From a virus (lineage: Duplodnaviria; Caudoviricetes), in the IMG/VR virus record IMGVR_UViG_3300033121_001394, positions 21,594 to 85,593 of that record: DNA of 64,000 nucleotides, one strand, 5' to 3'. The notes beneath the pieces are model-generated. The model was not told the origin of the DNA, did not search any database, and was given only the letters and a program-made list of their open reading frames with translations. Made by a program: the position numbers and the translations under genes. This document shows positions 37,382 to 46,885 of the stretch, piece after piece (position 1 is the stretch's first letter; each line of letters starts with the position of its first letter).

Positions 37382-38443
37382 TTATCTTCCTGCTATTTTT
37401 TGAGTTTCTAGTTGATTTCTACGCATCTGTAAATTTAACTTAGTATCAGGCATATATCCTTCTTTTAAGACTCCCCCCGATTCCTCAACGGCCCTATGCC
37501 GCTTTTCTAAATTCCTTTTCACGCTCGGACTATTTAACTCATACACTTTTTTAGCATCTTCTATACTATCTACTACAATACCCACTTCTTGCGAAGTGTT
37601 ACCTTCTGGTAATTTTTTTTGCCCTTCTTTCCTCTTTATTTGCTGCTCCTTCATCCATTCATCAAATAAACTGTCGTCATTTACAATATCAGAAGAAGGG
37701 GCGTCAGTAGACTCAGCCGCATTATCATAGATAATAGACCAAGTTACAGCAATGCGTTGTAGGTCAGTTAAGTCAGAGGCGGGGCGATTAAAAAGGGCAC
37801 CAGTCTTATTTGAAGTAATCCATGAAGAACGCCAAGGTTCGTGGCGAACCATATAACGAATAACCTTTTCATTGATAGAGGTATTAAAATAAGAATTCAT
37901 CATAAGATGATTAATAAAAGAATCGGAGACTTCCATAAAATCATCCCAGTTCTTCCATAACCTTTTATTGTTCTTGTAAGTTAATAAATATATGTAATAT
38001 TTGTGTTTTTCTAAATTGGCTAAATACTCAGTAGTTAAACTATAAAGATAGGACTTACGGCGATTTAGTAAACTCAATTTAAGATCAATGTTTTCAATCT
38101 TAGTTTTAAGATTCAATTTTAATTCACTACGAAATCGAAGTTCGGGAAACTGCTTTTCTAAATCGCCCTTTTCATTTACTAATTTTGCAATTTCCATTTC
38201 ATTCTTTGGAAACCAGATTTTACGAGATTCCAAAAGAGTATTGATATCTTCTTGAGTAGGCACACCTTCTTTACGAAGTTTGGTATAGGTTTCTAGATAT
38301 TTCCTATATCCTAGGATTCTATGTTTGGGGCGAGGGTCTTTAATAATATAGTATTCAGAATCGTACTCCACCAGAGAATATCCTGTGGATATGCGATCAA
38401 AAAGATTTTGTAATTCTTCTTGGGTTAAAATCCGTTCTGTCAT
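37382..38443 (-). CDS. Tail assembly chaperone-like protein
   Basis: Follows the tail tube gene; C-terminal PSSDIVNDDSLFDEW-type segment. Confidence 0.45.
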   Translation of the reverse strand: MTERILTQEELQNLFDRISTGYSLVEYDSEYYIIKDPRPKHRILGYRKYLETYTKLRKEGVPTQEDINTLLESRKIWFPKNEMEIAKLVNEKGDLEKQFPELRFRSELKLNLKTKIENIDLKLSLLNRRKSYLYSLTTEYLANLEKHKYYIYLLTYKNNKRLWKNWDDFMEVSDSFINHLMMNSYFNTSINEKVIRYMVRHEPWRSSWITSNKTGALFNRPASDLTDLQRIAVTWSIIYDNAAESTDAPSSDIVNDDSLFDEWMKEQQIKRKEGQKKLPEGNTSQEVGIVVDSIEDAKKVYELNSPSVKRNLEKRHRAVEESGGVLKEGYMPDTKLNLQMRRNQLETQKIAGR

Positions 38444-38446
38444 CCT

Positions 38447-38475
38447 AAAAATTAGTCTGACATTTCAGTCAGACC
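38447..38475 (-). terminator. Intrinsic terminator after the tail tube gene
   Basis: GTCTGAC-6 nt-GTCAGAC hairpin followed by TAATTTTT on the minus strand. Confidence 0.65.
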
Positions 38476-38485
38476 AATCGAAGAT

Positions 38486-39559
38486 TTAGAGGCCAGCAGG
38501 GTCTTTCGCAGTAAAGCGAACAGTCATGTCATTAAAGTTAGAGTAATTATAAGTTAAAGTTACGTTACCACCACCAGTGTCACCACCGTTTGTCTGAACG
38601 TTCTGTAACTTATTCTTAACACCAAGGTCAAGGGTCACACCTTGAGTTAAGGCAATATAGATTCGTTCGTCTACAAGGTTATCTGCCGTTGAAGATGCGT
38701 TAGTACGATCGCCATATTCATCAGCCGTTACTTCGATTGAACAAGTAACTTCAGTTGGGAAGTTGGCGTAACGGAAGTAGGGGCCTTTACGACCCAGTTC
38801 AAAGAGGTCGGTTCTACCAAGGTTACAGCCAATATTAATGCTCTGGATGTGGGCTGAGAATGAGCCGTCAGCATAAACTTGAACTTTACCACTTAAGTTA
38901 TTACCAGAAATACCGGGAATACCAAGGGGGAAGTAAGAATTAGCAATATCAACGTTTTCACGACGTTGAACACCACCAGAAGGAACACCAGTGACAGGAG
39001 ATTCAGAACCAGCAAAAAGAGTACCAGAAGTCCATAAGTTACCTGAAGGAGCATTATACCAAGTTTTATCATTCGCAACAAGAGTAATGCTCTCAGTCAT
39101 ATTTCCTTCAACAGGAATAGCCCAGTTAATTGCCGAAACATATAAACCAGACATCACCATAATGCTTAAAGGAACACCGCTGGAGAATTCTTGGGAAATA
39201 TTATAGTAGGCAACGGCAGCCATACAACGATTGCTATTATAGCGACCTGCTAAAGTTGCATTTGTTGCTGTTGGGGTAGCCAAGTGTTCCAAAAGAGCAT
39301 AACCATCAATAACCTTTGAAACATTTAATTCAACACTGGGTAAGTTCTCAATATTTTCATAAATTGAAATCTGACCTAATTCATAAACTTGTTCAAGATT
39401 AAAAGATGTATTAAAACCTACAGACTGAACACCTTTTGCAGCGGTGTAACGGCCAGTAGGAGCGTTAACACCAGTTCCAATAGGAGTGCCTAAAGGAGCA
39501 AACCCAATCGCATGGATAGGGTAATAAACTCTGGCGTTGGATGGATTTGTCAATGACAT
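38486..39559 (-). CDS. Major tail tube protein
   Basis: GVQSVGFNTSFNLEQVYELGQ...IYENIE and RTDLFELGRKGPY repeats; own promoter motif, strong RBS and downstream terminator. Confidence 0.75.
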   Translation of the reverse strand: MSLTNPSNARVYYPIHAIGFAPLGTPIGTGVNAPTGRYTAAKGVQSVGFNTSFNLEQVYELGQISIYENIENLPSVELNVSKVIDGYALLEHLATPTATNATLAGRYNSNRCMAAVAYYNISQEFSSGVPLSIMVMSGLYVSAINWAIPVEGNMTESITLVANDKTWYNAPSGNLWTSGTLFAGSESPVTGVPSGGVQRRENVDIANSYFPLGIPGISGNNLSGKVQVYADGSFSAHIQSINIGCNLGRTDLFELGRKGPYFRYANFPTEVTCSIEVTADEYGDRTNASSTADNLVDERIYIALTQGVTLDLGVKNKLQNVQTNGGDTGGGNVTLTYNYSNFNDMTVRFTAKDPAGL

Positions 39560-39586
39560 AATTACCTCGCATTAAATACGAAATAA

Positions 39587-39593
39587 TATACAC
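39587..39593 (-). promoter_or_regulatory. GTGTATA late-promoter motif
   Basis: About 28 nt upstream of the tail tube start. Confidence 0.65.
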
Positions 39594-39618
39594 TTTTATA
39601 GATGAAAGGGAATTAAAA

Positions 39619-40551
39619 TTAATAAGGGGTAACTACTAATTCTAAGCCAATAGATACTTTAGAAGCCTTAACTGGTAAAGTTGGACGATTGATTTTATAC
39701 GTCTTAGCATTTTCCATAAAACGTGCTGAGTAATTTAATGGATAACCACTAATTACATTGGGCCAGAACATTGTGCCCGAACTAATCTCTCCTCTATAAT
39801 TTAATGGTTTTGGATAATTTTTAGCATCAAAAAAAGGAATAGTCTTAGTTTCTAAAAATTGACAAATATCTGTCAATTTATCTCTTTCATAATCATTAGC
39901 AGCTAAAATATTAAAATCAATATTGCAATTTAATACTTTACTTCTCCCGCCCAATTCCCATCCTTGAATGGTAGTAAGTTTAGTAGGAGTAACAACAATA
40001 CAAGGAAGGAAAGCTTTCTCATAAGCTCCATAATCTAATCCAGAACCGCCAGTAGAATTTAACCAATCATAACTTAATTTGCGATATTCATAACTACGAT
40101 CAGTATAAATTTGAACCCAACGTAAAGTATGGGGAACTTTAACAATATAACTACTAGGTAGTGGATTATTAAAAACAACATGTCCACGGGCAAAATCTAT
40201 ATAGTAACCAGTTCCTAAAACAGTACTGCCCGTAGGATAATAGGTATTGTTGACATAAATACCAGAAATGCGAACTGGTTGGTCAACTCCTGTTGGTTTT
40301 AAAACAATATTATTTTCCCACACCCAATCGTGTTTTCGGCCCTTATAGATAGTATAATCCGTAGTTCCGGGCACCGAAAGGGGCGTAAGTAAACTCATAT
40401 CATTACCCCTACTATCCAATTCTTGATATCCTATATTAACATAGGCACCAATTTGTAAAAAACCATATCGTAGAAATTGAACAATATTATCCAAGATAAT
40501 ATCTTGAATAGACATTTCGCCGTAATGATTAATTCCATCTAAATTAAACAT
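39619..40551 (-). CDS. Tail terminator/neck protein
   Basis: Synteny upstream of the tail tube; LPCIVV...GWELGG motif. Confidence 0.5.
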   Translation of the reverse strand: MFNLDGINHYGEMSIQDIILDNIVQFLRYGFLQIGAYVNIGYQELDSRGNDMSLLTPLSVPGTTDYTIYKGRKHDWVWENNIVLKPTGVDQPVRISGIYVNNTYYPTGSTVLGTGYYIDFARGHVVFNNPLPSSYIVKVPHTLRWVQIYTDRSYEYRKLSYDWLNSTGGSGLDYGAYEKAFLPCIVVTPTKLTTIQGWELGGRSKVLNCNIDFNILAANDYERDKLTDICQFLETKTIPFFDAKNYPKPLNYRGEISSGTMFWPNVISGYPLNYSARFMENAKTYKINRPTLPVKASKVSIGLELVVTPY

Positions 40552-41212
40552 AAATATTACGCATTTTTTCGGTAACTAAATCTTCTACTTCATTTAACCA
40601 AATTGGATCTTGCACCATATCAACAATAAAATTTACACCTGTTTCGGAAAAATTATTATAATCTTCCGTAGACCAATCGACAATATTAGCACTCATAAGG
40701 GCACGACCTGATCGAGAAGAAGCGTTATCTTTTAATTTATCTTCATGGTATAAAATACCAACATCAAGATTTACACCATTTATTAACCATTCTAACCAAT
40801 AAACAGTGCCGTTAGTGGAATCATATTCTTTATCATCTACAGCATTTAATAAAAATTCCCCCAAGTCTTTAGATTGGAAACGAAAACGAAAAATAGTACG
40901 ATCTTTTCTAAACGGACCAATTTCTATTGCTTCTTGTAAAACATTAGAAATATTATTATAATGGGCTATACCTTCTCCATCTCTAAAACCAAATTGGGCT
41001 AAAATATCATCTCCAATATTAGTAAAATGCCCTTGTAAACCTTTACCTACAATTGTTCTTTCAAAAGCCCGAACAAAAGCTTGAGAAATTTGGGGTTTTA
41101 CATCAGTAATTACTTTGCGTAAAGTTTTAGAAAGATTACTATCAGCAACCGCCAGTTTAAGTTTGTCGGCAACTGTATTAATATTTAAAAATTTTACACT
41201 TACGCTACTCAT
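40544..41212 (-). CDS. Tail completion/neck protein
   Basis: Synteny; WLEWL and SRSGRALM motifs. Confidence 0.45.
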   Translation of the reverse strand: MSSVSVKFLNINTVADKLKLAVADSNLSKTLRKVITDVKPQISQAFVRAFERTIVGKGLQGHFTNIGDDILAQFGFRDGEGIAHYNNISNVLQEAIEIGPFRKDRTIFRFRFQSKDLGEFLLNAVDDKEYDSTNGTVYWLEWLINGVNLDVGILYHEDKLKDNASSRSGRALMSANIVDWSTEDYNNFSETGVNFIVDMVQDPIWLNEVEDLVTEKMRNIYV

Positions 41213-41684
41213 CTACAATCTCCCAAAAAGAGATAAGATAAATTTTACTAAATAAACCGTAGGGAATTGGCTCTTGAATTAATTTGCATTTATAGCCATT
41301 AATAATGGCATAAGAACATTTAAGAATCATATTCTTATATTCTGCATAACAATTCATTTTACAAAGATTTTTGTTATCTTTGATATTAATAACTTTTAAA
41401 TCTTTATCTGATGCAACATTTTTCCAATAAATTCTGGCTTTTACTGTAGTTTCGTTTGATCCCTGCGTATAATTTACGCCACCCTCGTTAGAATGCCCCA
41501 TAAGGTCTTTCAAGTTTACCCTGCCCCCAAACATGTCCTCGTTGAAGGGACGCTCTACAATGCCCGTAGGCGTCAAATTATAATTAGGATGCACAAAGGT
41601 AACTGAAGTATTGTTAACATCAGTTATAAACTGATTGGTTAATTCTTCATATTTAATTTGTAAATTAGTATATGGAATTGCCAT
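41205..41684 (-). CDS. Head-closure (stopper)-like protein
   Basis: Synteny after the adaptor; small beta-rich protein. Confidence 0.45.
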   Translation of the reverse strand: MAIPYTNLQIKYEELTNQFITDVNNTSVTFVHPNYNLTPTGIVERPFNEDMFGGRVNLKDLMGHSNEGGVNYTQGSNETTVKARIYWKNVASDKDLKVINIKDNKNLCKMNCYAEYKNMILKCSYAIINGYKCKLIQEPIPYGLFSKIYLISFWEIVDE

Positions 41685-42181
41685 TATATACTCCGATTGT
41701 TAGTATAGTATGGAATACTATCTCTAGACGTATATGGGGCAAGAATGGCTTCGCCAGAAGTTTGATTCCCTCTTGTAAAATCTAATTCTGCCTGAGTATA
41801 AATATTTTTAAATAATTCGGCTTTGGTTTTAGCAGCATTAACTGCTGAAGTTGTATCTATTGTAGAACGATCATCAGTTACTTTAAAACCAGCCGTTGCA
41901 AGTAATGTTTTAATCTCGGCTCTAGTTATTATTTCTGCTGCTTTTAATACAAATAAATTAGATACACCAGCATTAGAACCATCGGTAGTAGGATCGGGAC
42001 TTATAGTGCCACTAGCAGTATTAATAGTATAATCTGAAATCCATGTCCGTAATGATTCATTAACTTGAATAGCTCCAAGAGTAATAAACTTAATAAGTTG
42101 GGCGTCTGTCCAAGTAGGAGAAACGTCCAAATCATCAATATAGTAACGTAAACGTTCTACAAGAACAGTTTCCCACGCCAT
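41684..42181 (-). CDS. Head-tail adaptor
   Basis: LRYYIDD...WTDAQL N-terminal helical pattern typical of adaptors; synteny. Confidence 0.6.
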   Translation of the reverse strand: MAWETVLVERLRYYIDDLDVSPTWTDAQLIKFITLGAIQVNESLRTWISDYTINTASGTISPDPTTDGSNAGVSNLFVLKAAEIITRAEIKTLLATAGFKVTDDRSTIDTTSAVNAAKTKAELFKNIYTQAELDFTRGNQTSGEAILAPYTSRDSIPYYTNNRSI

Positions 42182-42666
42182 TACATTGTCCTATTATTAT
42201 AGGCTGAAATACCAATAAAATCAAAATATGCATCTTCTGAAGTATTATTATCAGATAATAAAGTAAGATTACGAGTATCATATAACGTAATTGATTCGCC
42301 AGATGCTAAAGTTAAACATCCCGAACCACTAAAAGATTCTGCATCTGCACTATTATTATGATTAATATAAAAAGAAGCAGAACCCCGATTAATAATTGTA
42401 CAAGAAGATAATATCCCATGAAAACTAATTGGTTGTTCATTACCATTACCAACAACAATACCCGATGTAGCAAAACTCGCCTTATATATATAATCAGCAT
42501 TATTAAATCGAGTGCTTTCAGCAGCAATTTTAGAATCTATATATCCGGTTCCTAAAGTCCCAAATAAAGGACCATAAGAAAAAGATCCGCCGGTTTTAAG
42601 GGTTGGGCGAGTGTTGTAACCGAAACCATTTGGATGACCAGCTTGTCTAATAGTTAAAATTGACAT
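42181..42666 (-). CDS. Virion protein, unknown function
   Basis: 161 aa, G/S-rich beta protein; own promoter motif and GGAG RBS. Confidence 0.55.
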   Translation of the reverse strand: MSILTIRQAGHPNGFGYNTRPTLKTGGSFSYGPLFGTLGTGYIDSKIAAESTRFNNADYIYKASFATSGIVVGNGNEQPISFHGILSSCTIINRGSASFYINHNNSADAESFSGSGCLTLASGESITLYDTRNLTLLSDNNTSEDAYFDFIGISAYNNRTM

Positions 42667-42686
42667 ATATACTCCTAACTAAAATA

Positions 42687-42693
42687 TATACAC
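42687..42693 (-). promoter_or_regulatory. GTGTATA late-promoter motif
   Basis: About 21 nt upstream of the start at 42666. Confidence 0.6.
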
Positions 42694-42739
42694 ATAAGGA
42701 GGCTTTTGTCCCCTTAAACCCCCGAATACACTTTTATGA

Positions 42740-43798
42740 CTAAACGCCCAGTTTAACTCTAAACTCTTCAAATTGTTCCTTGGTATTATCCCCAGAACCG
42801 TATTCGGCGTGGAAGAGTTTGTGGCAAAAATGGCAAAGGCAAACACCATTTTCTGGAAGAAAACGTTGATCTTTAAATTTAAGGAAAGAATTCAGGTGGT
42901 GGGCCTCGATATTTTCTATTTCACCGCAAATTTGACAAATACAACCATCTCTTTTTAAAACGAATTTTCTCCATTTGGAGTACTCGCTTGTACCTCTTTC
43001 ACTAATTGCATTTCCGCCTTTCCAACCATAATTTTTTTCACCTTTTAATAAACTCATTCTTTTAGCAGTTAATTCCCGTCGTAAACATCCGCAACTTTTA
43101 GTAGTACCAGAATTTAAGTTGGTTGTAGAAACTACAGTTTCTTCACCGCATGAACATTTGCATAAATAATATCTAGATGATCCTTGGCGATCAAAATCAC
43201 TAATTACCGTTAATCTACCAAAAATCTTGCCAAGAGGATTCATTTTAATATAATTAATTTCGCAACCGCATGATCTCGCATGTCCATTTACTAAATTGCC
43301 AGTTTTAGTAATATTTTCCTTGCCACAATCGCATTTAACTTTCCATGCAGTTTTAACACCTATATTTGCTTCTTTATTAAGAACAACTAATTTACCAAAA
43401 CGTTGTCCTGTTAAATCTCGTTCAATAGTACTTCTTTGACAATAACCACATGATTTTACATGTTTACCAATTAAATCACCAGAAGTTACTTCTTTAGTTC
43501 GCCCACAATCACACAAACACTCCCAAAGAATTTTTTCACCTTTGTGACCTATAATTTTAATAGGTTTTAAAGTACCAAATTTTTCTGATGTTAAATCTTT
43601 TCTCTTGCTTTCAGAAATAATTTCCTTGGTTTTACAACCACAAGATTTAGACTGTTTCTTTAAAGCAGCATTAGTAATTATTTTTTCTGTTCCACAAATA
43701 CATTTGCACCAAGAAGCCGCTTTGCCTTTTACACTAGGTGCATCAGCAAAAACTTCCAAATATCCGAACTTTTGTCCAATTAAACTTTCTTTTCTCAT
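42740..43798 (-). CDS. HNH endonuclease with four N-terminal Cys-rich repeats
   Basis: Four FGxLxV...CxCxCG...SCG repeats, then CQIC...EAHHL...ENGVCLCHFCHKLFH. Confidence 0.88.
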   Translation of the reverse strand: MRKESLIGQKFGYLEVFADAPSVKGKAASWCKCICGTEKIITNAALKKQSKSCGCKTKEIISESKRKDLTSEKFGTLKPIKIIGHKGEKILWECLCDCGRTKEVTSGDLIGKHVKSCGYCQRSTIERDLTGQRFGKLVVLNKEANIGVKTAWKVKCDCGKENITKTGNLVNGHARSCGCEINYIKMNPLGKIFGRLTVISDFDRQGSSRYYLCKCSCGEETVVSTTNLNSGTTKSCGCLRRELTAKRMSLLKGEKNYGWKGGNAISERGTSEYSKWRKFVLKRDGCICQICGEIENIEAHHLNSFLKFKDQRFLPENGVCLCHFCHKLFHAEYGSGDNTKEQFEEFRVKLGV

Positions 43799-43803
43799 AC
43801 GCT

Positions 43804-43809
43804 ATTATA
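43804..43809 (-). promoter_or_regulatory. TATAAT -10 box, leaderless arrangement
   Basis: AACTATAATAgcGTATG: 5 nt between TATAAT and the HNH start codon. Confidence 0.5.
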
Positions 43810-43812
43810 GTT

Positions 43813-43840
43813 AAAAAGGGCCGGAAAAACCAGCCCTTTT
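43813..43840 (-). terminator. Intrinsic terminator after the major capsid gene
   Basis: AAAAGGGC...GCCCTTTT hairpin with a T-tract. Confidence 0.75.
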
Positions 43841-43866
43841 CACAATATTGAATATAGATTGGAGTA

Positions 43867-44871
43867 TTACATTGAAGAAATTAATGTACAACGAGAATCC
43901 AAACACGCGAAGCCAAGTTCCATACGACCATAAAGACTGAATAAGCCCTTACGATGCATGGTGTTATCTTCAACAATCTGAAGATCTTCACGAATTGGCA
44001 TAATGAAACTGTTCTGGCGAGAAAGATCTAAACCAACTGCGATTTCTACGTCAGAGGCACCCATTACACCACCAAGGGTAGTTGTGTAGTAGCTCTGATA
44101 ATCTTGACCTTCACCAAGTTCATCAAGAGCATGGATTTTAACACCAAAGACATTGATTTCATCAATATCACCACCAGTATTGAAGTACTGTTGACGCTGA
44201 CTATCAGGGATCAAATCAAGACCCCAAGAACGAATATCCATTACAGCTTCAGGAGACGCGAATACGTCAGTAAGTTTAGAACGACCTGAAGTACCACTGT
44301 TACCACCGCCGTTTCTACGCATAAATGTAGACATAAGAGTGATTAAACGAGGAGTTAATTGACCAATAGCCGCGTTAGGATCAGCAACAACAATGTTTCG
44401 ATCAGTTGCAGCAGCTAACACAACTTGCCAACCGTCATCGTTAAGTTTCTTGCGGAAACCAGCCTCAAGAACTTCCAACATACGTTGAATAACGGGCCAA
44501 TTAGCATTTCGAATAAAACGAAGAGAGGTATCAATTGCGTTACCAACATAATACGTTGGTACACGAAGGTAATCGCCCTCAACAATTGCTTGTGGGATTC
44601 GACCAACATTAGGCAAGGTAAAGGCCGCGAATTCTTTTTCCTGACCCGGAGTAAGCAAGTCAAGCTGGAATTCAACGTTAGGATTATCAGTGAAATCCAT
44701 AGGAGTATAAACTCCACCGATAGTATCGCCTGTTAAAAGGGTCTTACGTAAAGGCTGTTCAATAGCTTGCACAATTTCAGTGCGTGCTTTTTCAGCCACC
44801 GCTATATCAGTTGATAAGACATTTTTAAAACTAGCGGTAATAACATTCTGTTCATTTTTATCAATATTCAT
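43867..44871 (-). CDS. Major capsid protein (probably HK97 fold)
   Basis: 334 aa after the protease/scaffold and decoration genes, followed by a terminator; ends ELGFACLDSRCTL. Confidence 0.78.
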   Translation of the reverse strand: MNIDKNEQNVITASFKNVLSTDIAVAEKARTEIVQAIEQPLRKTLLTGDTIGGVYTPMDFTDNPNVEFQLDLLTPGQEKEFAAFTLPNVGRIPQAIVEGDYLRVPTYYVGNAIDTSLRFIRNANWPVIQRMLEVLEAGFRKKLNDDGWQVVLAAATDRNIVVADPNAAIGQLTPRLITLMSTFMRRNGGGNSGTSGRSKLTDVFASPEAVMDIRSWGLDLIPDSQRQQYFNTGGDIDEINVFGVKIHALDELGEGQDYQSYYTTTLGGVMGASDVEIAVGLDLSRQNSFIMPIREDLQIVEDNTMHRKGLFSLYGRMELGFACLDSRCTLISSM

Positions 44872-44890
44872 TGCTAATCAACCTTTTCTA

Positions 44891-45382
44891 TTATAGCTCG
44901 ACTTGGAATTGAGCATAACCTTCACTGTCAACGTTGGTGAGGAACTTACCTACAGCAGCCCAACCTGAACCAGCATAACCAGCACCAGTAAAGAGGAATC
45001 CGCTTGAACCGGCATAACCAGTAGCGGGCATGGCTAAACCGCTTGCTGCACCGGGAGCAATATAGTTCGTAACAACGGTGCCCTTCTTCATAAGGCGAAC
45101 CTTGTTACCAATCTGGCATTCATCCTTATAAGGATTAACGTACTGACGTGACTGATCAATATTAACAACGTCATTCATTAAGAGTCCAACTGGAATTCTA
45201 CCAGAAGGTGCAGAAGGAATACCAGTTAAAGGATACTCAACCCTGCGATTAGTATTATCCATTATGGAACCGCGTGGAGCAGAACCAGAGGTAGCGAATA
45301 CGATTCCGCCACGCTCACCAGTACTAAACATAAAATATTCAACCGAATCTAAAACTTCATTAAACTGGGGCTTAAGTGCCAT
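44891..45382 (-). CDS. Capsid decoration/auxiliary head protein
   Basis: Between scaffold and MCP; PVGLLMNDVV and KGTVVT motifs; G/A/S-rich. Confidence 0.6.
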   Translation of the reverse strand: MALKPQFNEVLDSVEYFMFSTGERGGIVFATSGSAPRGSIMDNTNRRVEYPLTGIPSAPSGRIPVGLLMNDVVNIDQSRQYVNPYKDECQIGNKVRLMKKGTVVTNYIAPGAASGLAMPATGYAGSSGFLFTGAGYAGSGWAAVGKFLTNVDSEGYAQFQVEL

Positions 45383-45405
45383 AATAAAATCTCCTAACTT
45401 TCATT

Positions 45406-45412
45406 TATACAC
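45406..45412 (-). promoter_or_regulatory. GTGTATA late-promoter motif
   Basis: About 24 nt upstream of the decoration/MCP transcription unit. Confidence 0.65.
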
Positions 45413-45415
45413 AAA

Positions 45416-46882
45416 TTAACTTTTTTTATTCTTATTTTTATCAATTAATTTTGACATTGCACTAAAAAGTGGATTTGGCACTTCCTTAGCAACTACAACA
45501 GTAGAAATATCTTCTTTAACTTCAACCTTAGCAGCGGCCAATGTTTCAGTATTATCTTCGACCTTGGCACAACAGTCTGTAGACTTAATCTGTGTGCTTT
45601 GAGTTTGATCGGTTAATTTAGGTTTACCACTTTGAGAAAGAGCAGTCATTTTAGCATATGAGGCTTTAGCCATATTAAGAACAGAAGCATAAGTTTCAAC
45701 ACTCATATTTGCAAGTGCTTCTTTAGCTTTGTTTTCATCAGCATCAATGCCAGCCAAAGCGTCACATTCTTTCATTTCGGTAAATCGGGCCTCAGTAATT
45801 CTTGCTTTTTCAATTGCCGCTAAAGCGGTTTGTGCAGCTTCAGCATCAGCCTTACATTTCTTTGCTTCCGCTTCCATATTGGAATACTTAGCAACTAAAT
45901 CGGCATTAGCCTTACTTAATTCAGCAATCGTATTTTGTAAAGCCGCCATTTGATCCTTCATATTAGGATCTTCGCAATTCGCTTTAACTTCTTTAATTTC
46001 TTTAGTTTCTTTATCCATTTCGTCACCTTTAGCAAAGTTATTATCTAATACACTATTTTTTAATAAATTGTCAGAAATTTCTTGTTCGAGATCTTCCATA
46101 GACAAATAAATAAAGTCTCCATGCTCTTTAATCGAAGCATGAGAAATGTAGTCATCAAATACAATAGATTCAGGATTAGCGGGCTTATCAACAAAGCCAA
46201 TACCTGTAAAAATTATATCTTTAAGCCAACGTCCAATTTGGTACTTTTTACCATTTAATTCAACAATACCTTTACCTTTATAGGCTCTTAAGTATTTAGT
46301 TAACTTAGAAGTTTTCTCATTTCTATCTAATAAATAAATTTTGCTAGAATCTGGTTCTCTTAAAGCATAACCAAAATTTTTAGTAGCACATTCCATTGAA
46401 ACATATTGAACGCCAGCGTCAATATTTGTTTTAATTTCTTCAACAGCGGTAGGCCAATACTTTTCCCAAAGTTGTACACTAGTAAGAATATGAAAATAGG
46501 GCGGTGGCCCATCTTGAATTAAATTAAATTCGGCATCAATTGCTTGTGAATTAACAATCACACCAAAAGTTTGGTTCTTCTTATCTTTTTCTTTTCCATT
46601 ATGATCTTTATTTGCTGGTTTAAAGATAGGAGTAGAGCGGGCCTTCCAAGTTTCATCAGGAGTAAAAACATCATCATTTCTATTCCAGTTTGTAGAAACT
46701 AGTACACAGTGAACCAAAGTAGAATCTTCTGGTACAGCAATTTTTAATGCTTCTTTTAATTTAGAATCAATAGCACTAGCTTCTGCCGTATGTTTTAAAA
46801 TTGCGGCATTAAGATAAGTCGCTTCAGAAGTAATCTCCTGAATATCTACATTATCTTCTTTTTCGGCTTGGAAAATTTGCAT
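45416..46882 (-). CDS. Prohead protease fused to a coiled-coil scaffold
   Basis: NRNDDVF, VSMEC and FTGIGFVDKPANPES protease-type motifs; A/E/K-rich helical C-terminus. Confidence 0.75.
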   Translation of the reverse strand: MQIFQAEKEDNVDIQEITSEATYLNAAILKHTAEASAIDSKLKEALKIAVPEDSTLVHCVLVSTNWNRNDDVFTPDETWKARSTPIFKPANKDHNGKEKDKKNQTFGVIVNSQAIDAEFNLIQDGPPPYFHILTSVQLWEKYWPTAVEEIKTNIDAGVQYVSMECATKNFGYALREPDSSKIYLLDRNEKTSKLTKYLRAYKGKGIVELNGKKYQIGRWLKDIIFTGIGFVDKPANPESIVFDDYISHASIKEHGDFIYLSMEDLEQEISDNLLKNSVLDNNFAKGDEMDKETKEIKEVKANCEDPNMKDQMAALQNTIAELSKANADLVAKYSNMEAEAKKCKADAEAAQTALAAIEKARITEARFTEMKECDALAGIDADENKAKEALANMSVETYASVLNMAKASYAKMTALSQSGKPKLTDQTQSTQIKSTDCCAKVEDNTETLAAAKVEVKEDISTVVVAKEVPNPLFSAMSKLIDKNKNKKS

Positions 46883-46885
46883 TTA

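Noticed and set aside
36326-38443. Classic G/GT tail-chaperone programmed frameshift
   Set aside because: The three ORFs have their own coupled starts, and I found no convincing slippery heptamer at their junctions.
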